DNA from: Camelus ferus
Lineage: Eukaryota
DNA: 64,000 nt
Assembly (NCBI RefSeq): GCF_009834535.1
Contig: NC_045696.1
Span: forward strand, 61,506,001 to 61,570,000
Direction of reading: 5' to 3'
Made by a program: the position numbers and the translations under genes. A model generated the notes under the pieces. The model saw only the letters and a list, made by a program, of their open reading frames with translations. It ran no database searches and was not told the origin of the DNA. Numbering within the stretch: position 1 is the first letter of the stretch; every line of letters begins with the position of its first letter. Below are positions 41,904-53,243 of this stretch, piece after piece.

Positions 41904-42325
41904 TTCCATATATGATATCATATGGTATTTTTCTTTCTGTTTCTGGCTTACTTCACTTAGAATGACGATTTCGTCCATCCACGTTGCAGAGGACACTAAT
42001 GAACTCATCTACAAAACAGTAACAGACTTGCAGACATAGTAAACAATCTTATGGTTACTGGGGGAAAGAGGGTGGGAAGGAATAAATTTGAGAGTTTAAG
42101 GTTTGCAAATGTTAGCCACTATATATAAAAATAGATTAAAAAACACAAATTTCTTCTGTATAGCACAGGGAACTATATCCAATATCTTGCAACAACCTTT
42201 AATGAAAAAGAATATGAAAACAAATATATATATTTGCATGACTGTACACTAAAAATTGACATTGACTATACTTTGTATACTATATTGTAACTGGCTATGC
42301 TTCAATTAAATAAACAAACAAACAA
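41904..42325. mobile_element. Short L1 3' end with 5' inversion
   Basis: 41904-41988 is an antisense L1 3' UTR segment; 41989-42310 is the sense terminus followed by an (AAAC)n tail. Confidence 0.8.
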
Positions 42326-43109
42326 ACAGAAACTACCAGAGCGAACACTGTAAGAACTCTGGAAAACAAAGGTTTATAGCAATCAAGAAAATGGTGAATC
42401 AAGAAAAAGACAACTTCAAAATAGTAGGAAAGTTTTGTGACACATGTTCTTGCCCCAAGTCCTCCTCAGTATAGTGGCAGTCTTTAAGAGGGAAACCCAC
42501 ATTCTCAGAGTGGGACACTGGTTCCTGGTTTTGGAGGAAACAGGGCAGATCCAGGGAACGACACAGCCTCAGAAAACATATGAGAAGACACTGCGCTTTC
42601 ACCTTGGGCTGATCCTCGGCTCAGTGCAAGCCTGCCTAAGTGCTGAAGGACAGCCTCAGCACGGAGCTGAGCCATCGTGAGGACAGAGAAGTGCTTTTTT
42701 GTTTTGTTCCCTGCCTCGCTGACTTCTGACACTCAAGGAAATCTGAAAGAACACTAACTGAACACAAGTTAACACACAGACTCAGTGACCACACACAATA
42801 AGGAACAGCCTTTGCAAAAACAGTTTGGGAAATTCAGTAACAAATGAACTATTATTATAGCCTTCAACAATCAAAAAAATGGTAAACCCCAGAGAAAGGG
42901 CAGAATCTTGATACCCAGAGTTACCACAATATAATATTCAAATGTCCAATTTTCTCCAAAACAAAACAAAACCAAAAAAACCAGTCAACAAGGCATACTA
43001 AGAAACAAAGTTTGGACAATTCAAAGGAACAAAATAAATTAACAGAAACCATCCCTAAAGAAGTCCAGACAAGAGACTTACTAAACAAAAACTTTAAAAC
43101 AACTGTCTT

Positions 43110-45210
43110 ATCAACAAATGGCACTGGGAAAACTGGATATGCACAAGTAAAAGAATGAAGTTGGATCCTACCCTTAAACCATATAGAAAAATTAAATCAA
43201 AATAAAGATCTAAAACTACATGTAAAGCTCCTAGAAGAAAACAGGGGAAAAGCTTCATGACAATGGATTGAGCAATGATTTCTTGAATGTGACACCAAAA
43301 GCAAAAGTAACAAAAGCAAAAATAGACAAATGGGACTATATCAAACTTAAAAACTTTTGTGCATCAAAGGACACAACAGAGTGAAATGGCAACCCATGGA
43401 ATGAGAAAATAATCATATCCGATAAAGGGTTAACATCCAGAATATATAAGAAACACCAACTCAACAACATAAAAACAAATAACCCCATTAAACAATGAGC
43501 ATAGGACTTGAATAGATATTTCTCCAAAGACATACAAATGGCCAATAAGGACATGAAAAGATGCTCAACATCATTAGTCATTAGAGAAATGCAAATTGAA
43601 CCATGATAAGATAGCCTCTCTCACCCACTATATTAAACGGGTGTTAAAAACAAACAAAAGCCCAGAAAGTAAAAAATGCTGTCAAAGATATGGAAAAAAG
43701 GAACCCCTGAACATTGCTGGTGGGAATGTAAATGGTGCCCCTGCTACCAAAGAGTGTGGTAGTTCCTCAAAAAATTAAACAGAATTACCGTATGATTCAG
43801 CACTTCCTTTCTGGTTACATACCCAAGAGTTGAAAGCAGGGACACAGACACTTGTACACCAATGTTCATAGCAGCCTTGTTCACAACACCCATAAGTGGA
43901 AGCCAAAAGGTGAAAGTAACCCAAGTACCCATTGACAGATGAATGGATAAATAAAACATGTTAAATACAGACAATGAAATATTGTTTAGACATAGAAAGG
44001 AATGAAATTCTGAAATATGCTACAATATGGATGAATTCCAACATTATGCTAAGTGAAAGGTGGTGATCATTTTGTAATGTATAAAAATAGCGAATCACTG
44101 CTGTACACCTGAAACTAATGTAAGTTAATTATACTTTAAGAAAAGTTGCCGAATTGTCCTGGAAAAGAGAGGAAAGAAAGAGGGAGGAAGGGAAGCAAGC
44201 AAGAAAGAATGAAAAGCAAAGAAAGAAGCCAGACACAAAAGGACAAATACCTACTATGATTCTACTTATATGAGGTAACTAAAGTAGTCAAATTCATAGA
44301 AACAGCAAGTAAAATGGTGGTTGCCAAGGGATACTGGAAGAGTGAATTGGAGAATTATTGTTTAATGGGTATGGAGTTTCAATTTGGGAAGATGAAAAAT
44401 TCTGAGTAGGGATGGTAGTGATGGTTGCACACCTATGTGAATGTACTTAACGCTACTGGGCTGTACACTTAAAAATGGTAAATTTTGTTATGTATACTTT
44501 GCCACAATTAAAAAAACACACACTAAGATACCACTTTACACCTAGGATGGCTACAAAAAAACTTTTTTTAAAAAGAAAAAAGTTACAAGTATTGGTTAGG
44601 ATATGGAGAAACTGGAACCATTATAAATTGTGGTGGGAATGTAAAACTACAGAAAACTTTGGCAGTTCCTCAAAAAGCCAAACATACAATTACCATGTGA
44701 TCCAGCAATTCCACTCCTAGATATATACACACAAAAAAACTGAGAACATATTAAAAAATACTTGTATATGAATATTCATATCAGCACTCTTCAAATAGTC
44801 AAAAGGTGGAAACTACCCAAATGTCTATCAATGGATGAAAGAACAAAATATAATATATCCATAGAATATTATTCTGCCCTAAAAAGGGATGAAGTACTCA
44901 TACATATCACCTTGCATAAACCTTGGAAACATTATGCTAAGTGAAAGAAAGAAGACAGACAAAATAGATCATACATTGTATGAATACATTTATATGAAAT
45001 ATCTAACAAGCAAATTCACAGAGATTAGAAAAATGCAGGGCAGTGGTGTTGGGGGAAGAATAGGTAGTAATTGCTTAATGGTTAAACAGTTAGGAGTGAT
45101 GAAAAAGTTTTGGAAACATAGTGGTGATGGTTGAAAAATACTGTGAATATAATTAATGACACTGAATCATACATTTTAAAATGGTGAAAATGGCAGACTT
45201 TACCACAATA
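43110..45210 (+). mobile_element. Old L1 (L1M-type) 3' fragments
   Basis: L1 ORF2 and 3' UTR motifs such as AAATGGGACTATATCAAACTTAAAAACTT, CATGAAAAGATGCTCAACATCA, CACTTAAAAATGGT. Confidence 0.85.
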
Positions 45211-45681
45211 AGAAATTCCAGAAAAGAGCAAGTACACCAGGGCATATGCACCACATTCTAAGCCCAGACAAGAAACACTGCATGACTTAACTGATCACGT
45301 AAGTGATCAAGCTGCTAGAGTCAAGTATACAGTTTGGGGCTTAATGTATAGTTTGTTGTAGAATCCACGTTGTGGAGGGTTTTGAATAAAAAAGAATGAA
45401 CTACATGGAACTGCCACAGAATGATAATTGAGGCTCACTGCATGCTTAAGAAATGGAGACATAACAGGCAAGCAAGCTAAAGAAAGTAACTGAAAGTGAA
45501 AAAAAAAATTAACACAGGAATCCAGTAGTTTCCTTATTTTTGCTGTTGCTATACTATGACTATTGCTCATCTGTGAGTATTTACATAATTTTTCAAATGA
45601 CTTAAGGCTCTAAGCAGGCAATTTTTTTGGTTTTGGTTTTCTTTCCATTTTAACCCAACAAACACACTGGGTTTTACTTAC

Positions 45682-45982
45682 CTATTTCCTCTGATTCCTG
45701 CCCAGAGGCTCTAAGCTTGCATTCCTTTGGATAGTGTTTTTGAATTATCTCCCACAGTTCCATATTGACAAGAGAATTTCTTCGGGTATGGTACCGAGTC
45801 CACGAAGAGACCCGGCGGCGACAGAAGGGACAGCACAAATTTGCCTTTTCGACAGTTGATTGGAAACATGATTTACAGAGCGTGTGGTTACAAGGCAGTG
45901 TTACAGGCTCGATTAGAATTTCCACACAGATCTGGCACTGGCATTCCGACAAGGAAGGGATGGCGTCTTTGGGTACAGCCAT
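45682..45982 (-). CDS. RNF168: RNF168 coding exon 1 (301 nt): C3HC4 RING domain of the E3 ubiquitin ligase
   Basis: MAVPKDAIPSLSECQCQICVEILIEPVTLPCNHTLCKSC...CCPFCRRRVSSWTRY...; donor G|GTAAGT. The six exons total 1716 nt = 571 aa plus stop. Confidence 0.97.
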
Positions 45983-46149
45983 TTTAATATGCTAATAAGG
46001 CATATTCAACATCAACACCTGAAAGAGAAAGAATCGTATTTCCGGCCCAAGTACGCAGAAAGCAAATTAACAATATTGTGTTTAAATATTATGCCCAGCA
46101 GTCTTCCAGAATTCAGAGATTGGGAGAATCAAACGTCTTGAAGCAAAAA

Positions 46150-46850
46150 GACGTTCTGCGGACCAGGTAAACAGCACGACCACGGAAGGCGGTGTGTTTG
46201 TTCATATTAAGAACATGGGAAAGAAAACAAAAGAACGTTGGCTGCTTCTGGGCATTAACAACCGTTGCGGCAGGGCAGACGGCGCGCTCTGGCTCTCTGG
46301 CGCCGCAGAAGGCACGCGCCAAGTTCCCCTCCTCCCTCTTACCAGGTGAGGATGCTCCCTTAGCTCAGGGCAGCAAAGCCCGCGGGCCACCGCTCGAGGA
46401 AGAACGCTGCTTCCGCCCGGACGAAGCGCTGCGATGGAGCGGGACTTCCGTTTCGCCGTTGTCGAGGGTCCGCGCGAGGCCTTCCTGGCGCTCTGAGTCC
46501 GCCGCTCCTCTCTCTCTGGTCAGCCATAAAGCCTAAACTTGGCGGCGGTGCCGTAGCAGCGCCACAAGGGCTAGTGACGTCACAAATGCCCGCCAAAACG
46601 GCCACTCCCGCCTAGGGAGCCGACCAAGGGCGACACTACTAACGTACGCCGGGCGGGACTTCCCGGGCCTGCGCACACCGCCCGTCCCGCCCTCCGGCCG
46701 GGGAGAGGACCCTCCTCTTGCGTCGCAATCACTGCAGCTTCAGTTTGGGTGGAGTTCAATTGCCCGCAGTGATTTCTACTCCCAGAGGTGCGACAACCGG
46801 GGAGTGTCGCAAGACTGGTCTCTGAGCAGAAAAAGGGAACCCCCAAAACA
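46150..46850. promoter_or_regulatory. CpG island / RNF168 promoter and 5' UTR
   Basis: CpG-dense; perfect CRE palindrome GTGACGTCAC at 46574-46583; GC boxes. Confidence 0.85.
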
Positions 46851-47506
46851 AATGAAAAAACGGAACAGTAATTTTAAAAATTGTTCCCTCAGTTCTCTTC
46901 AAACTACCCGCCTGTTTCTGTTAATTTGTAACTAAGCCTCTTAGGTAGCTTTTCAAAGTTCTTGGAAAAGCATCTCTGAGGTTGATCTCAGAGAAAGGCT
47001 GTGGTCAGAGAACCCGCAAACTTGCTGCAATTTAACAGGCACTTGGAGAACAAACTGCAGGGCTGCTAGGATCCGGGGGCTTAGCCGACATGTGCATCAT
47101 TTATAAGGAAATACTTTGCTGTTAAATTTCAGTCTAGCGCAATCAAAATTAGAATCGAAATAAAAAGGAAAATATTTAAACTTTTAATGCATTTTGAAAT
47201 AAGTTTTTCCACTTTGATATTAAGTTCTTGTACTGACAACTGATCTTACTGAATTGAGTTGTATGGGAAAAGTAGGTTTTGGCTAAGAAAATGATGGGGA
47301 TTAAATAAAGACTATGATTGTTAGTACCTGTGAACCAAGTCTCATAGAGACAGAAAGTAGAATGGTGGTTGCCAGGGGCTGGGAGAGTTACTGTTTAAAG
47401 GGTACAGAGTTTTACAAGTTCTGGAGATGAATGGTGGTGATGATTGCACAATTTTATGAACCTAGTTGATACTACTGAACTGTCCACTTAAAAATGGTTA
47501 AGGTGG

Positions 47507-47549
47507 TTCTCATTATTGCACTTGACTAGTCTTAAAAAAATAAATAAAA
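47507..47549 (+). pseudogene. 5'-truncated Y1 RNA (RNY1) retrocopy
   Basis: TTCTCATTATTGCACTTGACTAGTCTT versus the recalled Y1 3' end TTCTCACTACTGCACTTGACTAGTCTT; A tail; TSD AAAAATGGTTAAGGTG at 47490-47505 and 47555-47570. Confidence 0.8.
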
Positions 47550-48525
47550 TTTTTAAAAATGGTTAAGGTGACAAATTTTATGTTTATGTGTATTTTACCA
47601 CAATTGTAAAATTTTGGGGGGGAAAAAAAAAAGAACCAGGCCTGAGTTTTGACGAAATGTCAAATAGGTGTGGCGGAAGAGAAAAGAAAGTCATTGTGCA
47701 TGAAAATAGTCTTTAAGGTCTTTCGGATTGGCTGAGGTTTTTCAGGTTGAGAAGATGAGTGCTTTCCAGATGAAGCCAAAATAAGGAGGTGTAGGTCCAC
47801 TGTAGACAGCTTTGGGAGCTTTTGTTTTGTTTTAATGTAGGTTCAGAAAACTAGTTGTCATTCAGTTGTCCATAGTATCAATCCCTTAGCATGGAATTCC
47901 ATATGGTCCCAACCTGCTTTTCCCATAGAATCTCCCATTATTCTTTTAAACTTTCAACTGTGATCTATTTGCTGTACAAACCTTGTGTTTTCAGGCTATT
48001 GCTTGAAATCTCAATTCATCCCAAATAAGTTGCTTTGTGGCTTTGCCTACTTCAAGGATGAATTTAATGCACTTCCTCCAGGAACTTGTTCTCCATCACA
48101 CAATAATATCCCTCTTCTGAACTCCATCATATACTGCCTAGTGATAGTGGTTTTTATTGTAGTCTTGCTGTTTAAGTCCTGTACTTATACTACTATTTTC
48201 CAGTACTTTTGTCATGTGTAATGGGTACATTTTATGTGCTTCCTTAGATTTCCTTGGCCTTATTTACTTTCTGGACCCACAGTCCCTTCCTCTGTCTGGG
48301 CCTGACCAGTTGCATTTTTGGAATCTCTAGCTCCTTCTGCCACATCTGGACTCCTGTGAAACACTGCACTGAACAATGCAGGCACTGGCTTCCCAGTGGC
48401 TGCTAAGAGGGCTTAGATCCTGGAAGTACGGGGGGTGGTGTCACTCACCAGAGAGCAAATTTTGGCCAATTGAAAACAGTGGACTGAGTGAGCACAACAG
48501 AGAAATTCTCTTTTCTTTTTCCTAT

Positions 48526-49263
48526 TGAAACTGGGACAGGAGGGAAGGGGGCAGGGCACAACCATTAAAAGAATGACATAGCAGTTAGCACCAAGATGGC
48601 GGACAAATCAACTCTCAGTAGGCCTTGAGCTTCATTATACGCTCATTGTAATACAATAGCATGCTAAATGGCATTCACATAGGTGCCATTACCGTTTCAA
48701 GGCTGAACATAAAAGGTCAAAAAGTGGGTGATGGCCCAATTCCTGGGAATCCCAGGCCCTTCCCCAAAGTTGTTGGAATAATCCTCCCGCTTGTTAGCAT
48801 ATGAAGTTACCGAGCCCATAAAAACTAACAATCATGCACTCACCTCTTGTCAGATATCACTTTCCTAGATGACTCCGTGCTCTCTATCTGTCACTCTCTC
48901 TTGCCTTCAGAGATGGCCTGCAGTCTATTGAATGTGTATCTACTTTTACTTTAAACACCCCACACCTCATCACTCTCTTTTGCCTTTGGAGATTGCCCTG
49001 CACTCTGTGCATGGAGTGTGTATCTACTTTTACTCAGCCCCCCACCCCAAATGCCTTATGGCCTCTCTGGCCTTCTGAAACAGCCTATACTCTGCCTGTG
49101 GAGTGTGCATCTCTCTAAATAAATCTACTTCTACTCAACTATGGCTCACTCTTGAATTCTATCCTGTGTGAAGCCAAAGACCCTCACTTGGCAGGGCACA
49201 TCCAATGGACTTGCCTGAGACCTGGGACATGGCCATCCTCTTGTACCCTATTTTCCTATATCA
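48526..49263 (+). mobile_element. ERV solo LTR
   Basis: TGAAAC...ATCA ends, CCCATAAAAAC TATA-like element, AATAAA near 49119, internal repeated TGTATCTACTTTTACT units. Confidence 0.7.
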
Positions 49264-49382
49264 AAACCAAGCCCCCCTAAAACTGAGTTCCCCTGCCAAG
49301 TTTATCATTAACCTCTCTATCCAAAACTTTATGCCCTTTCTTGTCCCAACAGGATTGAGGAGTATCAAGGAAAAAGGGGGAC

Positions 49383-50028
49383 TGAAACTGAGCAGGACCC
49401 TGCAGGGTTCTCCTGGGGACAAAAGTCCCTCTGTGTACCCCATTTCTTATTTGTAAAAAAAAGGCATTTGTTTCCTAGGATTTCCCTGAGTTGCAAAGAG
49501 CAGACTCAAGCAGTTACTAATTAGGGAAGTGAGGGAATGCTGAAACAAAGGAAAGACAGTCAAACAGAAAAACTAATGATAGGTTAAACAATACTTCAGT
49601 GATAAAACAGCCCTAGTTCCTCCTCAAATGATGTACACAACAATCTGATGCATATCTTTGAGTTTTTCTGCAGAACTTAAGACCTCCACCCAGTGGAGAA
49701 TGTTGACTACATGCTGGCCACAAGCACTAGACCCCAGACCGGCTGGAACCAGAAGCTTGATGATTAAGATTCCTGAAACATCATTATGTTACCTCACCAC
49801 CAACCAATTAGAAGAAAGTCCATGAACTGCAACCCTCACACCAAATGTTGCCTTTAAAACGGTTCCCTGAAAGCCATAAGGAAGTTTGGGTCTTTTGAGC
49901 ACAAGCTGCCTGTTCTCTTGGCTTGGTGCCCTGCAATAAATGCTGTACTTCCCTTCACCACAACCCCATGTCAGTAGATTGGCTTTGCTGCGCCACAGGC
50001 AAATGGACTCTAGTTTGGTTCAGTAACA
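49383..50028 (+). mobile_element. ERV solo LTR, same family as 63206-63853
   Basis: Starts TGAAACTGAGCAGGACCCTG, shares ACCCCAGACC..TGGAACCAGAAG and TTACCTCACCACCAACCAAT with the 63.2 kb copy, ends GTAACA. Confidence 0.8.
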
Positions 50029-50933
50029 CTTCTAGGGCATAGTTTCTCTAAACAGTGTGTCCGGAGAGGGACAAGACGAGGACATGTATCTGGCAAGCAA
50101 CCTGTTGTGTGTCTCATGGCTCATTTTCAAGGAGGAGCCAGCAAGGTAACACATAATCTTGCATACTTTTTATCCTTCCCCACCTAACATCCTTCCAAAG
50201 TGTAACTTCCTTCTGGTTTTCCTGAATTTGCATCTCCCAAATAAAGCATCAGCACTTAACCTTTACCTGTAGAACAGGGTCTACATTTGAAAATGTTTCT
50301 GTTATTCATAGCACCTAGCACATGGCATTTGGTCTTTAATAAATATTAGAAATATATGGTCAATATGTGAGAGTTCGCTTTATAGTGTAAATAACTGTGG
50401 TACTGTACTAGAGAGAAGATGTACATCAACATACAAAATATGTTAGATGGGTTTTTTCCTGGTCTTTTAATACATAATACATTCACATGGTTCAAAATTC
50501 AAAAAGTACAAAATGGATTAACTGTGAAAAGACTTCTACCTTTAACACTAGCCTAAGTTTTCTTCCCTGAGACAACCAATGTTATCACTTTTTAATGTAT
50601 TTCTACAGAAGAACTTTATGAAGTTGATAGGTATATTAGCATATATATCCATTTTCCCCCTTTTCCATTTAACAATATATATTGGAAATAAATATTTTGA
50701 AACAAGACATCTTGGTGATAACTCCATGTTACTATATAATTACACAAAGAGCTCCTTCATTCTCTTATATTGTTACACAGGAAGTATCCATTGTATCAGC
50801 ATATCATAATTTGTTTAACATTCCTTTCACTTTTGCTACAAAAATAAGCCTGTAATAAATTGTACATATGTATTTTTTTCCCATTTGCAAGATAAATTAC
50901 TAGAAGTGGAATCTCTGGGTCTAGAGTAACTAG

Positions 50934-51378
50934 TTAGCTTTTGATTGATGGTATCAACTCTTCTAGGGGTGACTTTTGCTCTTCAGACACCCTCACTGCT
51001 TTCCCCTTCTCAACGACCTGGACAGCCTTCAGCAAACCATCCTGCAGAGCCTGGTTCTTTACCATGTTAGTGATCATGAAATTGACATCCCTTATGTACA
51101 TCCGCCTTACTTTATCAATGTAGTGTTCTGCCTTGTTACCATGTGCTACAAAGAATGTACAAAGTGCTGTGATATCTCCTTCTTGCAGCCCATACTCCTC
51201 CAGGACAGACTCCCACACATCTCTAATGTGCTTGTTCTTGACTTTTCGTCTAAGAATGGAGGCTAAGGTGGGAAGTCCTCTCACCAGGTCTGGCAGCTTC
51301 TCAAGCACACGAGTATGCAAGCAAATGAGTACTTCAATAACATAGCTGTATAAAATATTCAATTCCATTGAAGTGAAC
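50934..51378 (-). CDS. SMCO1: SMCO1 exon 3 (445 nt)
   Basis: Acceptor TTTTTGTAG|G, FTSMELNILYSYVIEVLICLHTRVLEKLPDLVRGLPTLAS...EELIPSIKS*. Confidence 0.92.
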
Positions 51379-51470
51379 CTACAAAAAATATGGAGAGATT
51401 CTTAAGCAGTACAAACATAAAGTGAATTTTATTAGGATAATTCAAAGAACTATGAAACTACTAGGAGAAA

Positions 51471-52075
51471 TATAAGCAGATAGAGTAGGTGGTCCCTAGA
51501 GAAAGAGAATCAAGTAAGGCTCTCTTGACAGAAGATAAGCCATTTTTGGCCTAAGCCACTCTGTCTTCTAAGCCTGGTCACAGTGTTTGCCCTTGAACAG
51601 GTCTCAATAATTAATAGAAAGGGAGGGAATGCAGGAACAAAGGAAAAGCTGTCAAGAAACAATAGTTCCTAGTTCCTAGAGTCCTACTTCCTCCTCAAGG
51701 GATATATATAGCAATCTGATACTTATCTTTGAGTTCTGCAGGAACTAAGGCCCTCAGCCAGGTGGAGGCTGAAATGGTATGTTGACCTTTTCTGACCCTC
51801 AGGACTTCAATCAACAAATGCTTGGTCAACTCTGTCAGGTTTTGCCCTAATTCTCTGCTGAATTCTCCTCTACTCCAGCCCCTTCATGAATATGCATGTA
51901 CCCTTAGCTTAAAACTTCCCCAATTTTACTGTTTGTAGAAACACTGCTTTGGGAAAGATCCCTGGTGTCTCCTTACTTGCTGCGAGTAATAAATCCTTCC
52001 TTCTCTCAATCTTTGGCTTGGTTGTATCTTTTGGGCTTAACATCCACCAAGAGGTGAACCCAGTTTTGGGTAACA
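51471..52075 (+). mobile_element. ERV solo LTR in SMCO1 intron 2
   Basis: AATAAA near 51988, ends CCCAGTTTTGGGTAACA; shares GGGAATGC..AACAAAGGAAA and TTCCTCCTCAA with the 49.4 kb LTR. Left boundary approximate. Confidence 0.7.
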
Positions 52076-52121
52076 GAACTAGCTGTTGCAGTTTAGAAAA
52101 TGCTTTAGAAATAGGGCTTGC

Positions 52122-52549
52122 CAATGTTCATAGTAACACTATGTACAATAGTCAAGACATGGAAGCATCCTAAATGTCCACTGACAGATGAATAGCTAAA
52201 AAAAATGTGATATAAAAAAAAGATGTGATACACACCCACACACACCCTGCACAATGGAATATTACTCAGCCATAAAAAGAATGAAATAATGCCATTTGCA
52301 GCAACATGGATGGACTTAGAGATGGTTACATTAAATGAAGTAAGTTATAGAAACACAAATGTCATATGATATCACTTATATGTAGAATCTTAAAAAAATG
52401 ATACAAATAAACTTATTTACAAAACAGAAACAGACTCACGGACACAGAAAACAAACTTATGGTTACCAAAGGGAAGAGAGGGGAGGGATAAATTAAGAGT
52501 TTGGGATTAAGAGAAACACACTATTAAAAGAATTTAAAAGGAAAAAAAA
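52122..52549 (+). mobile_element. L1 3' UTR fragment
   Basis: AATGGAATATTACTCAGCCATAAAAAGAATGAAATAATGCCATTTGCAGCAACATGG; TSD AGAAATAGGGC(T/C)TGC at 52107-52121 and 52550-52564. Confidence 0.88.
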
Positions 52550-52865
52550 AGAAATAGGGCCTGCACTAAATGGATAGCTTAGATCTCAGGCCACTCATCA
52601 GTTTCTCCACAGCAGAGGAGTTTTAGTATCCATCTCTGTGTTAGTAGGACTTTGGCAAGCAAGGGACTCTGTGATGAGATGTGTACCACAATACTGGCAA
52701 GCAAACAGGTGCTCAAATTAATCTTTTTTAAATGAATGACCTTAAGAAAATGTCATTTCTTTACAATCCATTGTGGGAACCATATTAAGAAATCCAATTT
52801 TAGAATGACCACTGCAAGCTCTCACAAAACCACAAAATTCTACTGATTTCTGACTGGATACTCAC

Positions 52866-53015
52866 TTGAGTGACAGAACTGCTGTCCACAGCTCATCTTG
52901 GGCTGCTTGGTTTGCCAAAGTCTTGCTATGATATTCAAATTTCTGTGTCAGATTATCCATGGTGAAGTCCAGTTCTTTAAATTGTGCTTCTAAAGCTTGG
53001 AGTTTGTGGTCTACT
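52866..53015 (-). CDS. SMCO1: SMCO1 exon 2 (150 nt), coiled coil
   Basis: Acceptor CTGATAG|A, VDHKLQALEAQFKELDFTMDNLTQKFEYHSKTLANQAAQDELWTAVLSL, donor GTGAGT. Confidence 0.9.
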
Positions 53016-53084
53016 CTATCAGATAAAAGAATAAAGGGTTAACTTAGATCAAGGCACAAAACCAAAGTTTTGCCTTAAGATAAG

Positions 53085-53243
53085 GCTACACATCTTGACT
53101 ATTGTAAGTAATGGTATGTGAACATTGGCAGGCCCTATTTCTGAAGTAAGTGTTTTCTAAACTGCAACAGCTAGTTCTGTTACACAAAAACTGGGTTTGT
53201 CTCTTGGTGGGTGTTGAACCCAAAAGATATAACCAAGTCAAAG
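53085..53243 (-). repeat. Inverted duplicate of 52011-52166
   Basis: The reverse complement aligns over about 155 nt, including the identical core GTAACAGAACTAGCTGTTGCAGTTTAGAAAA. Confidence 0.92.
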
